A stretch of DNA of 32,000 nucleotides from Vibrio alginolyticus NBRC 15630 = ATCC 17749 (lineage in GTDB: Bacteria > Pseudomonadota > Gammaproteobacteria > Enterobacterales > Vibrionaceae), in contig NC_022359.1 in NCBI RefSeq assembly GCF_000354175.2, positions 150,001 through 182,000 of the forward strand, read 5' to 3'. Within the stretch, counting starts at the first letter, position 1, and the number at the start of each line of letters is the position of its first letter. The translations under genes and the position numbers were made by a program. Positions 9,156 through 18,309 of this stretch are shown here, one piece after another. The notes below the pieces were generated by a model. That model searched no databases and was not told the origin of the DNA. It saw nothing but the letters and a program-made list of their open reading frames with translations.

Positions 9156-10295
9156 ATGATTATCTCAGCTTCTACTGACTACCGCGCTGCCGCGAAAGCC
9201 AAGCTTCCCCCGTTTCTATTCCATTATATTGATGGCGGCTCATACGACGAACGCACGCTGAAGCGTAATACTGACGATTTAGGTGATGTCGCTCTTCGCC
9301 AACGCGTCCTACGCGATATGACAGATTTGAGCCTCGAAACCGAGATCTTCGGTGAGAAACTGGCAATGCCAATCGCGCTAGCTCCTGTTGGTCTAACTGG
9401 TATGTACGCGCGCCGAGGCGAGGTGCAAGCAGCAAAAGCAGCCGAGAAAAAAGGCATCCCATTTACTATGTCGACTGTTTCAGTTTGTCCGATTGAAGAA
9501 GTCGCACCTGCAATTGAACGTCCAATGTGGTTCCAGCTTTACGTGCTTAAAGACCGTGGCTTTATGAAAAACGTACTTGAGCGTGCAAAAGCAGCAGGCG
9601 TAACAACGCTGGTGTTTACCGTTGATATGCCAGTTCCTGGCGCACGTTACCGTGACATGCACTCAGGTATGAGTGGTCCTAACGCGGCCATGCGTCGTGT
9701 ATTCCAGGCGATGCGCCACCCAAGCTGGGCGCTGGATGTGGGTCTACTTGGTAAACCGCACGACTTAGGTAACATCTCAACTTATCGTGGCGAACCAACA
9801 AAGCTAGAAGATTACATCGGCTGGTTAGGCGCAAACTTCGACCCTTCTATCTCCTGGAAAGATCTTGAGTGGATTCGTGATTTTTGGGATGGCCCAATGG
9901 TTATCAAAGGCATTCTAGATGAAGAAGACGCGAAAGATGCGGTACGTTTCGGCGCAGATGGCATTGTGGTATCTAACCATGGTGGCCGTCAGTTAGATGG
10001 CGTACTTTCAAGTGCTAAAGCACTACCAAGCATTGCGGATGCGGTAAAAGGTGATCTTAAGATCTTCGTAGACTCTGGTATTCGTACTGGTCTTGATGTC
10101 GTTCGTATGCTCGCACTTGGTGCAGACTGTACGCTTCTTGGCCGTTCATTTGTATACGCATTGGCAGCACAAGGCGGAGCAGGCGTTGAAAATCTACTGG
10201 ATCTGTACGATAAAGAAATGCGTGTAGCAATGACGCTGACTGGCGCTAAGTCTATCGCGGATCTTTCACGCGATTCGCTAGTGAAAATCCCATAA
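9156..10295 (+). CDS. lldD: FMN-dependent L-lactate dehydrogenase
   Basis: 379 aa. [32 protein letters not shown]..., alpha-hydroxy-acid oxidase motif SNHGGRQLD, and a full-length match to the LldD pattern. Confidence 0.92.
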   Translation: MIISASTDYRAAAKAKLPPFLFHYIDGGSYDERTLKRNTDDLGDVALRQRVLRDMTDLSLETEIFGEKLAMPIALAPVGLTGMYARRGEVQAAKAAEKKGIPFTMSTVSVCPIEEVAPAIERPMWFQLYVLKDRGFMKNVLERAKAAGVTTLVFTVDMPVPGARYRDMHSGMSGPNAAMRRVFQAMRHPSWALDVGLLGKPHDLGNISTYRGEPTKLEDYIGWLGANFDPSISWKDLEWIRDFWDGPMVIKGILDEEDAKDAVRFGADGIVVSNHGGRQLDGVLSSAKALPSIADAVKGDLKIFVDSGIRTGLDVVRMLALGADCTLLGRSFVYALAAQGGAGVENLLDLYDKEMRVAMTLTGAKSIADLSRDSLVKIP

Positions 10296-10322
10296 TCTTT
10301 GCAAGCGAGCAAAACAGAAACG

Positions 10323-10352
10323 AAAAAACGAGCCAACAGTGGCTCGTTTTTT
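10323..10352. terminator. Bidirectional rho-independent terminator shared by lldD (+) and the XRE gene (-)
   Basis: AAAAAA-CGAGCCA-acag-TGGCTCG-TTTTTT: stem 10329-10335 / 10340-10346 with flanking A and T runs. Confidence 0.75.
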
Positions 10353-10385
10353 ATTGCTCTTCAACCCGATAATTTGACGAGCAAG

Positions 10386-10733
10386 CTAGCTAACTTGGTG
10401 AACGTACTCGATCACGACTTGGTTTCCGTCGATGAACACGTTACTGATATCGCCATCCACCGTCACACGATTTTGTAAATAAACGGTACCAGATGCAGAT
10501 AGATCACGCTCCGTCAAAGACGGAATCACCTGACCAGGACGTACATGTAGCTGCTCGCATAGCTGTTTTACAAAACCTAGCGTCAGTGGAGAATTACCAC
10601 GTAACAAGCCAGAAAACTCGTGTAGACTCAAACCAAGGCGCTTCGCCATTTCCATTTGAGTGATGTGCATTTTGGCTTTTTGTGACATCCAGATGTCGTA
10701 GAGCGCGTTTCGATCCAGCTCTGTAAATTCCAT
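10386..10733 (-). CDS. XRE (Cro/C1-type) helix-turn-helix transcriptional regulator, 115 aa
   Basis: HTH is ITQMEMAKRLGLSLHEFSGLLRG. The preferred start is ATG 10733 (MEFTELDRN), preceded by GCGGAGGCAGAT. The track's 151-aa version (start 10841) has no RBS. Confidence 0.65.
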   Translation of the reverse strand: MEFTELDRNALYDIWMSQKAKMHITQMEMAKRLGLSLHEFSGLLRGNSPLTLGFVKQLCEQLHVRPGQVIPSLTERDLSASGTVYLQNRVTVDGDISNVFIDGNQVVIEYVHQVS

Positions 10734-11034
10734 ATCTGCCTCCGCTAATTCAAGAGCCAATACACTCTCACACTTACTTAAGATAAATGTTAGCGATAAG
10801 TCAGAGAAGTTATAATTGATCGTCCAAATATCAACCCTCAATCATTGGTAGCGTACCTCTGAACATGCATGAAGCGGTCGCTCAACAGAACATTGAGGTG
10901 ACTCTCTTGTCATCGGAAGGAAAAGTCCATCTCGGACGGTTTAGACATAAGTAAATGATTTAAAGGAAATCACTGGGGTGAAGGAGTAATATCTGCTACC
11001 TTTCCTTCCATGGTTCACTAGAAATAAGTTACAT

Positions 11035-12138
11035 ATGCCACAGTGGTTTACCGAATTACAAAGCTACATTGAAACGTCTCATCAAAATTGGAGTGGGAGC
11101 GTCCTTTTCATTACGCTCGCTAGCTTTATAGCTTGGATAGCTTGGCGGCTGATCCGCTCTCGCCTCGCTGCGCTCGTAGAGAAAACACCCTTCCACTGGG
11201 ATGACATGTTGCTTGATGCGCTAAAAGCGCCAGTCAGTACACTCATTTGGTGTTGGCCAGCAACCGTCTCTATCGGCATCATATTAGAGAGCGAGCTCAA
11301 CGATAAAATAAACTGGTTAAGTACGCTGAAACTGATTTTAATCATCAGCATCTTCGTATGGACCGTTATGCGGCTCATTACCAATGTTGAAGAGCATGTT
11401 CTCGAACAAAAGAACCGAGATGAAACAACAGTACAAGCGATAGCTAAGGTCGCGCGCCTGTTCTTTATTACCGTCGGAATTCTAACCGTAATGCAGGCAT
11501 TTGGTCTGTCACTATCGGGCCTACTTACCTTCGGTGGTGTTGGTGGTTTGATCGTCGGTTTAGCGGCGAAGGATTTGCTGTCTAACTTTTTTGGAGGTCT
11601 TATGATCTACTTCGATCGTCCATTTAAAGTTGGCGATTGGATCCGTTCTCCAGACCGACAAATAGAGGGGACGGTAGAACGCATTGGCTGGCGTATGACC
11701 ATTATCCGAACTTTCGATAAGCGTCCACTGTATGTGCCAAACTCAGTGTTTAGCAGCATTGTCGTAGAAAACCCATCTCGCATGCTGAACCGACGCATCT
11801 ACGAAAAAATTGGACTTCGTTACGACGATGCAGAAAAAATGCCGCAAATTATCACCGCGGTAAAAGAAATGCTGAAAAATCACAAAGACATTGATGCACG
11901 CCAAACACTTATCGTCAACTTCGATACATTCGGTCCATCATCGTTGCACTTCTTTATCTATACCTTTACTAAAACCGTGAATTGGGTGAGATACCATGAG
12001 GTTAAGCAGGACATACTGCTTAAGGTAATCAACATCATTAAAGAACACGATGCAGATATCGCGTTCCCTACTCAGACGCTTAAGCTTGATCCTATACAAA
12101 TGGTAAAAGCGGAAGAGCAAGAAGATCACGGCTTCTAG
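11035..12138 (+). CDS. Mechanosensitive ion channel, MscS family
   Basis: 367 aa with N-terminal TM helices, then the MscS core FDRPFKVGDWIRSPDRQIEGTVERIGWRMTIIRTFDKRPLYVPNSVF. Confidence 0.85.
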   Translation: MPQWFTELQSYIETSHQNWSGSVLFITLASFIAWIAWRLIRSRLAALVEKTPFHWDDMLLDALKAPVSTLIWCWPATVSIGIILESELNDKINWLSTLKLILIISIFVWTVMRLITNVEEHVLEQKNRDETTVQAIAKVARLFFITVGILTVMQAFGLSLSGLLTFGGVGGLIVGLAAKDLLSNFFGGLMIYFDRPFKVGDWIRSPDRQIEGTVERIGWRMTIIRTFDKRPLYVPNSVFSSIVVENPSRMLNRRIYEKIGLRYDDAEKMPQIITAVKEMLKNHKDIDARQTLIVNFDTFGPSSLHFFIYTFTKTVNWVRYHEVKQDILLKVINIIKEHDADIAFPTQTLKLDPIQMVKAEEQEDHGF

Positions 12139-12161
12139 TTCTCACCAATACCCAAATAATC

Positions 12162-12195
12162 AAGCCCGCTGTGTTTAAGCGGGCTTTTTATTTTT
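12162..12195 (+). terminator. Rho-independent terminator after the MscS-family gene
   Basis: AAGCCCGC-tgtgtttaa-GCGGGCTT followed by TTTTATTTTT. Confidence 0.7.
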
Positions 12196-12210
12196 CTTCG
12201 CATGAAGTGG

Positions 12211-12933
12211 TTATTGTTGCGTTAACACCATACGTGCATTCAGCGGTTGGATTGGGCGATTGTTTTTCCCCATGACTTCCGAAAAAGATTTTATCTGCTC
12301 AGGAGAAATAGTTTGTGCTTCTTTCATCACCAACCAACGCACACCTTCAGAGCATGGTGGTGTCGTTAGTGAGCCGTTAAAGCGGTAGTAGTCTTTATCA
12401 CTTGGGATAAGGGCATCCGCATCAAATGGAACCTTGATGGTAACATCTTGATCTTTAGTTGGAATGTTAGCTAGCATCTTAGCTAGATCTGGGTTCGCGC
12501 CACCCAGTTTAAAGAACACCGCGACAACAGCTAGATGACCTACTTTGTCGGCATGCACAAAGTGTACTTCTAGTGGGTATTCTTTACCGTCCACATGGTT
12601 TTCAGATGGCGTATGGAAGTGGAACTGTTTCAACGTAAACTCTTTACCATCAATGGTGAGTGTGTTTTTGCCTTCTAAACCAATCTGTAAAGTGTGACCG
12701 TTGTTCAGCAGTGAAATTGCCTTACCTTCGTAGTCGAAATTCAATTTTTCTAGCTTCGCTTCGGTCGCCGATTCAATGTTGATTGGGCTCTGGTTTTGAC
12801 CTTTCGCGCACTCAGATGCAAACTCACCCCAATGAGCTGGCCCATGGTTTCCCTCGTAGCCCCAGCTTGCTGCATAAGCTGTTCCTGTAAATACCAGTGC
12901 CAAACCTAATGTTGTTAGTGACTTCTTCATCAT
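12211..12933 (-). CDS. Alpha-class carbonic anhydrase, secreted/periplasmic
   Basis: Signal peptide MMKKSLTTLGLALVFTGTAYA. Also SWGYEGNHGPAHWG, QSPINI, zinc-His motif QFHFHTPSENH...EVHFVH, and SLTTPPCSEGVRW. Confidence 0.9.
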   Translation of the reverse strand: MMKKSLTTLGLALVFTGTAYAASWGYEGNHGPAHWGEFASECAKGQNQSPINIESATEAKLEKLNFDYEGKAISLLNNGHTLQIGLEGKNTLTIDGKEFTLKQFHFHTPSENHVDGKEYPLEVHFVHADKVGHLAVVAVFFKLGGANPDLAKMLANIPTKDQDVTIKVPFDADALIPSDKDYYRFNGSLTTPPCSEGVRWLVMKEAQTISPEQIKSFSEVMGKNNRPIQPLNARMVLTQQ

Positions 12934-13071
12934 TTTCCTTATTTCTGAAAGTTAAATTCCGTGAGAATAAAGCCATACTAATCTCACAAAATTAAGCAGT
13001 GACAGAGTGAAAACTATGATTACAAAAGATTTTTGGAATAGAAGCCTCTAATGATGTAATTGACATGATGC

Positions 13072-14040
13072 TCAAAATTGAACGTCAACGATTATTGAGT
13101 CGGTGTAAGTACCAGCAGGAGGGGTCGTTTGGCTGGTTAGTATCTGCGCGCGATAATTATAATTCTGTGGCGTGATACCATCCGGAATGGAGCCGCCAGT
13201 ATCGACGTCACTGTGTTCACGACGTTCAGAACTGGTGCCTCCCCAGCGCTCCATCGTTGATGACTTATAGATTTCATACTCCAAATAGTGACCACTAAAA
13301 ATCATTCGCCGCTGACCGCCGGACGCATTTAGGCCGTCATTCAAGCCAATGGAGAAGGAACTATTCTTGGTACAAGTTAACGATATAACCTGACTGACTG
13401 GCTCAAAACCGGCCACTAATGGGGACGAACCAAAATCAATATCTGGCGCCGTGATCATACAATCAGGGGTCACTTCCAACTCAACCGTAATCACGCTTTG
13501 AGCGCTGCCATTGGTGCGGCCAATGCATACCCCTAGAACCCCGATCCCCTTACAGTAATCCCAAATCCAGGATACGGTGATTTGGTCTTTATAAGTCCCA
13601 GCGGAAAGATTACTACCCACTCCCGTCCGAGCATAAAGCGGAAACTCAGCTTGAGTGCCAAACAACCCGAGTAAATCGAGTAACCCGATTTCAAAAAAAT
13701 TGTAAGTTTGGCCGAATACATACTCTTGTGAAAGACCTGGATCGCCAAAAATCTGATAGCTGAGCTCCGAACTCGGATCATCCTCATTTAATAGCAAACC
13801 ATTATTTATGCTGTTAAACGTTGCTGATACGTAGTCGCCACTTAACAAAGACACAAGTGTAGAAAAGTCACACGTAATCCCCGCATGAGGCTGAGCTGAG
13901 CTTTGCTGCTGAGAGCTTGAAACAGTAAACGAAGAAACATTGCCAAACAAGATTAAAGGTGCTGCCGCCGTGAGCTGACAAGCCATTGTCGAGCACGAGA
14001 AAAAGAGAAGTAGGCTAGCAAACCAGCTGCGCAAAATCAT
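13072..14040 (-). CDS. Pilus tip / adhesin-like subunit with two SCPU (spore coat protein U)-type domains (CsuE-like position)
   Basis: The preferred start is ATG 14040, forming an ATGA overlap with the usher stop (14037-14039), and gives signal peptide MILRSWFASLLLFFSCSTMA. Two pilin-like modules each end in the SCPU C-terminal signature: GTYKDQITVSWIW and GTYTDSIIVDVQF. It is the last gene of the chaperone-usher operon. Confidence 0.6.
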   Translation of the reverse strand: MILRSWFASLLLFFSCSTMACQLTAAAPLILFGNVSSFTVSSSQQQSSAQPHAGITCDFSTLVSLLSGDYVSATFNSINNGLLLNEDDPSSELSYQIFGDPGLSQEYVFGQTYNFFEIGLLDLLGLFGTQAEFPLYARTGVGSNLSAGTYKDQITVSWIWDYCKGIGVLGVCIGRTNGSAQSVITVELEVTPDCMITAPDIDFGSSPLVAGFEPVSQVISLTCTKNSSFSIGLNDGLNASGGQRRMIFSGHYLEYEIYKSSTMERWGGTSSERREHSDVDTGGSIPDGITPQNYNYRAQILTSQTTPPAGTYTDSIIVDVQF

Positions 14041-16463
14041 AGTGCGGTCTCTTCTTCGGCTTTGATACAAACCTGCTCAGGCAATGTTTGTATTTTTTGA
14101 CTGTCACGCTGATACAACCCCTCAATAAACACTTTACATGGCGACTGTCCTTGAGGATAAAACTGAATATAGCGGCCTGGGTCAACGCCTTCAAAGTACG
14201 TAAAACCATCCCAACCAATTTGGCTTGTTAAGCCCGTTTCTGAGCGGCCATATGTACCAATCGGAAGGAACAAATGATTTTCGTCTACCACCGTCATGCT
14301 CAGTGCAATTTGTAGCTCTATTGGGAACTCTAACAGGTAGCCGTAGCCCGAATGTATCGAAGCAAACTGCTCTGTTGCAGAAAACGCAGCATTGGCAGGT
14401 AAATTAAGTGGATCGATTTCATATTTGGCGGTGTAATACGCCGTAGCCCAAGGAACAAGTAAGTAACCTTCATCATCTGTCACTCCGACAATTTGATTTT
14501 CATATTTAACCGGAATACCTTCAAAACCACTGGTGCTCACCACAGCGAAGCTGTCATACACTTCATTCGCTGGGAATATTTCTCCATCCAACGTAGAGAC
14601 TGAACCTGCCATTTCCGCAAAATAATCATAGTCGCCACTGGTGCCATTTAACCCCGCTCTGAACTGCGCCCATGACGCACGGTAGGTCAAATCGGCCTGT
14701 TTACGGTTTTCTGGGTGTTCGTTAATATCATGCGCTAAATTGACGCCCCATCCACCTCGTATTGGCGCAAGGCGGCTGTAACCCACTCGCCCTCGCACAT
14801 CGCCATCGTCCTCTCTTTTCAGCGTTAGCCCCGAACTTCCCCCCAAAGAACTGAAAGGTAGAGAGAATTGCGCCAACGTAACACTCTGACCACCAATACT
14901 ATGGTTGTAAGAAAGGGACATATTGATATTAAAAGGCAGAGCGTAGCTATAAGTAAGGTTTAGGGTACGTGAATCTGAGTCGGATTGTTGAATATCAAAG
15001 TACCCACCAGAAAGTGAGCCCCAATCTCCCAAACGGACTCCCATATTGATTTGTGATAGATGGCGCGACGCGAGTGAAGCGTCCTTGCCTTCATCGAGCA
15101 TTTCATAATTTGGTAAATGAGATAAGGTATAAAAGTCGGCTTGTTCTACTTGAGTTCGAGCAGCGAAGCTAAACAGCCGAGACTGATAACTATAACCTAG
15201 CGCATATGAGGTAGATTGATCCTGAAAATTACTCACACGAAACGAGGCATCCACCGTACCCAAGTTGAAAGCATTGGTGACAAAGCCCAGCCCCGCAACG
15301 ATCAGGTCATCTTTTGCTTCAGCTTGAGCTTCTAATGTTAACCAATCAGTCATGCCATGACGCAGAGCGGTAACCACGCCACCGTCTCCATAGTCGTTAG
15401 ATGCATTACCGAAATTTTCTCTGATCGCACCAATACTCGCACTGTAAGATGTAAATCCGGTCTTGAGTAGATCGGAAGAGAGAAAAAATGGGCTGGTCAT
15501 GACCGTTTGCTTACCCTGAGCATCCGTTGCAATTACCGTTGCTTCCCCAGCACCAGAGAGCATTGGAATATCGTTAATAATGAAAGGACCGGGACCAACA
15601 TTCATTGAGTCAGTTTTAAAGCCATTGATAAACAAATCTAACGTAGTGGGCGCTGTGACTTCACCGTAAAATGCAGGTAACGGCGTCGTCACGACATCCG
15701 GACGCATAGAGAAATCATGCGACAACTGAATACCCGCCAGTCTTACTGGTTGGCTCCAAGATAAAGGGCGAACAATATAGTCCCCTACCTCCATACGAAT
15801 TCGCTTCTCTTGATTGACGTACTCGTAACTCGTATCAAAACGAGTGTACTGGCTGCTTTGCTGGGACTGAACATCGCGATGAAAGTTAGATTTAAATATC
15901 CCGGTAGTAGAAAAAACGCCAAACTCAGAAAAGGCTCTGACTTCATGATTTATAGAAACCTCCTTTTGTCGGCTTTCGTTCTCGTACACACCAAATACGT
16001 TGTAGTTAAGCAGGCCACCACGCCCAAACTGAGCCGGGGAAAATCGCCCCATATCCTGCGCTGATAAATTCTGCATCGGTAACCAATTAGGCGGTACGTC
16101 AATTGCGAGTTGCAATGACGATTGCAAGTAACGCACGTTAACACCTGGGATAGACGTAACCTCAAGTCTCTCTTCGGTTCCAGGCAACGACTTGGCGGTA
16201 ACCCCAACTGAAATGAGGTCCTCCCGGAGCAAAAAGAACTGATCGCCAACTCGCTCAACTTTCGCAACAAGCCCGGTTGCTCTTTGATTGATCACCAACT
16301 CCAGATTGAGGCTAATATTCTCAAACTTTTCTAATGAGAAATTTTCAGGACTCGGTAGCTCAGAGAAGTGGTTTGCTGAATTTGCACAAAGACCAATACT
16401 GCTCCACGTTACGCTAAGTAATACCAACCAAAAGAAAGCATTCATTGTATTAAATCTATTCAT
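14037..16463 (-). CDS. Fimbrial outer-membrane usher (CsuD-like)
   Basis: 808 aa with a signal peptide, beta-rich composition and usher size. It sits between the chaperone and tip subunit. Its ATG (16463-16461) overlaps the chaperone stop as TAATG. Confidence 0.8.
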   Translation of the reverse strand: MNRFNTMNAFFWLVLLSVTWSSIGLCANSANHFSELPSPENFSLEKFENISLNLELVINQRATGLVAKVERVGDQFFLLREDLISVGVTAKSLPGTEERLEVTSIPGVNVRYLQSSLQLAIDVPPNWLPMQNLSAQDMGRFSPAQFGRGGLLNYNVFGVYENESRQKEVSINHEVRAFSEFGVFSTTGIFKSNFHRDVQSQQSSQYTRFDTSYEYVNQEKRIRMEVGDYIVRPLSWSQPVRLAGIQLSHDFSMRPDVVTTPLPAFYGEVTAPTTLDLFINGFKTDSMNVGPGPFIINDIPMLSGAGEATVIATDAQGKQTVMTSPFFLSSDLLKTGFTSYSASIGAIRENFGNASNDYGDGGVVTALRHGMTDWLTLEAQAEAKDDLIVAGLGFVTNAFNLGTVDASFRVSNFQDQSTSYALGYSYQSRLFSFAARTQVEQADFYTLSHLPNYEMLDEGKDASLASRHLSQINMGVRLGDWGSLSGGYFDIQQSDSDSRTLNLTYSYALPFNINMSLSYNHSIGGQSVTLAQFSLPFSSLGGSSGLTLKREDDGDVRGRVGYSRLAPIRGGWGVNLAHDINEHPENRKQADLTYRASWAQFRAGLNGTSGDYDYFAEMAGSVSTLDGEIFPANEVYDSFAVVSTSGFEGIPVKYENQIVGVTDDEGYLLVPWATAYYTAKYEIDPLNLPANAAFSATEQFASIHSGYGYLLEFPIELQIALSMTVVDENHLFLPIGTYGRSETGLTSQIGWDGFTYFEGVDPGRYIQFYPQGQSPCKVFIEGLYQRDSQKIQTLPEQVCIKAEEETAL

Positions 16464-17218
16464 TATTGCTTCAATGGTATTTGGTAACGTTTACCTCCAA
16501 TATTCGCGCTCAAACTCAAGGGTCTGACATTACTATGGGGAATAGACCAAACCTTATACTGTTCAGGAAGAATATAGCCAGCTAGTCCATCGGAAATAAC
16601 GACAGGATCTTTATTTGGTAGATTCAACTGTAAATTCACTAAGCGAACATGGTGTTTTCCTGAATTTTTAATGTGAACAAAACGCTGATTATTTTTCTTA
16701 ATAAACTGTGCCTGTAAATCATCCCATAATTCACTGTCACGGTTTGGTTTTTGAGTATCAGTCAGCCCTTTCCCGTAAATAAACAAAGGTATCGAGTAAC
16801 GCATTCGGACTTTTACAGCGAGTTCATTTTCCGTCAATTCTGTTTGAGGGTTTTGAGTTGGCGGTAATTCATCTATGATCACTCGGTATGCATACTCCTT
16901 ACCCGCAGAGGCCTCATCTTGGTTGATGATGCGGATTAACTGCTTTTCACCTGGTTCAATTTTGACAAACGGAGGGGTTGCAATTAACTGGCTTTGACTT
17001 GAATAACTATCTTCTCCTTCGTTTTGTTCCCACTTAAAAATTCTCACCTGTAAATAAGAATCAACACTGCCTTTATTTACCATCCAAAGTGATGTTGCAT
17101 TACTCTCCTCTGATATTTTGGGGTAAATCGGCCAAATTAATAATGAGTTAGCATTGGCATTTGAGAAAAAAACAAAAAGGAAGGTTATTAATAATAGTTT
17201 TTTGAGTATGAATTCCAT
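16463..17218 (-). CDS. Periplasmic pilus chaperone (PapD-like / CsuC-like)
   Basis: The preferred start is ATG 17218, preceded by GGAGGGGTGAA. Signal peptide is MEFILKKLLLITFLFVFFSNANA. Chaperone-type N-terminus is SLLIWPIYPKI...ATSLWMVNKGSVDSYLQVRIFKW. About 250 aa. Confidence 0.8.
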   Translation of the reverse strand: MEFILKKLLLITFLFVFFSNANANSLLIWPIYPKISEESNATSLWMVNKGSVDSYLQVRIFKWEQNEGEDSYSSQSQLIATPPFVKIEPGEKQLIRIINQDEASAGKEYAYRVIIDELPPTQNPQTELTENELAVKVRMRYSIPLFIYGKGLTDTQKPNRDSELWDDLQAQFIKKNNQRFVHIKNSGKHHVRLVNLQLNLPNKDPVVISDGLAGYILPEQYKVWSIPHSNVRPLSLSANIGGKRYQIPLKQ

Positions 17219-17238
17219 TTCACCCCTCCAAAGTTCAC

Positions 17239-17772
17239 TTACCACTCTAATGTCAGCGTCAGCGTATCCATATAAATTCCAGCCATTTCATTCCCATTTA
17301 TTGTCGCCTTTGCCCAGATAGGAAACTGAATATTATCTGGGTCTTGGTCGGTATCGACGGAATATTGCGTGTCAATATCAAGCACCTGCGTGTAATTTAG
17401 ATCCTGGAACAAAAAGTAATCTACCGTTGTCGCTTCTTCACTGTGCTTTAGCTTACGTACACCATCCGATGCATTCATCCCGCCATTTACGGAAACATTC
17501 ATCGTAATACCCGGAGTACAGCTTAATGTGAGTGATGAACTGTAAGTGATGCTGCCTTGTACTTCCGTCGCGTAAACTGAAGAATGCTCACCAAAATCTA
17601 ACGTGCCTATTTGCCCGGCTTGGGTTGCGCTTTCTTCTTGTACTGCGCCGTTAATCAAACAACCTGTATCTACGGTGGCAGACACCTGAAAAGTTTGTGT
17701 CGCATCAGCCAGCACAGTTAAAGAGCACAAACTCATCGCGACAAGTGAAAAGTCCCTAAAAACCAGCGTCAC
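17239..17772 (-). CDS. SCPU-domain pilin subunit (CsuA/CsuB-like minor subunit)
   Basis: 177 aa with a GTG start 3 nt after the upstream stop and a signal peptide ending LADA. It has the Cys pair (VDTGC...LSCTPG) and the C-terminal signature GIYMDTLTLTLEW. Confidence 0.7.
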   Translation of the reverse strand: MTLVFRDFSLVAMSLCSLTVLADATQTFQVSATVDTGCLINGAVQEESATQAGQIGTLDFGEHSSVYATEVQGSITYSSSLTLSCTPGITMNVSVNGGMNASDGVRKLKHSEEATTVDYFLFQDLNYTQVLDIDTQYSVDTDQDPDNIQFPIWAKATINGNEMAGIYMDTLTLTLEW

Positions 17773-17775
17773 GTT

Positions 17776-18309
17776 TTACCAGCTTAGCGTCACACTGATG
17801 GTATCGGAGTATGTGCCGGCAATGCTGCTCGTACCGTAAGCTTTCGCAAAAAGCTCAATAGTTTGCGATGTTGCACTAGTAAATTCAGACAGAGCTACCG
17901 TCCCGCCTTGTATAATTTGTGTGCTTCGGTCTGAGTCGGTAAACAACGTATAATCAATAAATTGCGCGCCATTTGACATCGCGTAGGTACCAACGGTCGC
18001 ACTTGCATCATACAATCCGGTGCCCAATGTAAACGTCGGTGTCACACCGTTACTACAAAGCACTTCAATACCCGTCGCACTACCACCATTTACCACACCA
18101 TCTTGTTCACTGAAGATTGCAGGCACGTCTCCAAAGGCAAGTGAGCCAAAGCCAACGCCAGAAGCTGCATCTACCGCATTATTTCCATTAATCACACAAC
18201 CTTGTACAAGGTTAATTGAAACATCAATCGTACCGCTCACTGACGCTCCATTCGCTTGCCAACTAAATGAGGTTAAGAGCAGAGGCATCATCAGATAAAA
18301 TCTTTTCAT
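17776..18309 (-). CDS. SCPU-domain pilin, probable major subunit (CsuA/B-like)
   Basis: The preferred start is ATG 18309 (TGGAGC RBS). Signal peptide is MKRFYLMMPLLLTSFSWQANG. It has the Cys pair (VQGC...VLCSNG) and the C-terminal signature GTYSDTISVTLSW. First gene of the operon. Confidence 0.7.
   Translation of the reverse strand: MKRFYLMMPLLLTSFSWQANGASVSGTIDVSINLVQGCVINGNNAVDAASGVGFGSLAFGDVPAIFSEQDGVVNGGSATGIEVLCSNGVTPTFTLGTGLYDASATVGTYAMSNGAQFIDYTLFTDSDRSTQIIQGGTVALSEFTSATSQTIELFAKAYGTSSIAGTYSDTISVTLSW

Noticed and set aside
10915-11009. Long-range complementarity GGAAGGAAA (10915-10923) / TTTCCTTCC (11001-11009) upstream of the MscS-family gene, a possible SD/anti-SD-like 5' UTR switch.
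   Set aside because: The transcription start is unknown. The paired purine-rich arm is not the gene's RBS, since the real start has a weak SD 25 nt further on. A 9-bp match in 190 bp of purine/pyrimidine-biased sequence could be fortuitous.
12934-13071. Search for a terminator between the pilus tip gene and the alpha-carbonic anhydrase gene, to test possible co-transcription.
   Set aside because: Only a weak 6-bp hairpin (GTGAGA 12961-12966 / TCTCAC 12982-12987) without a U-tract is present. This is insufficient either to call a terminator or to claim the CA gene belongs to the pilus operon.
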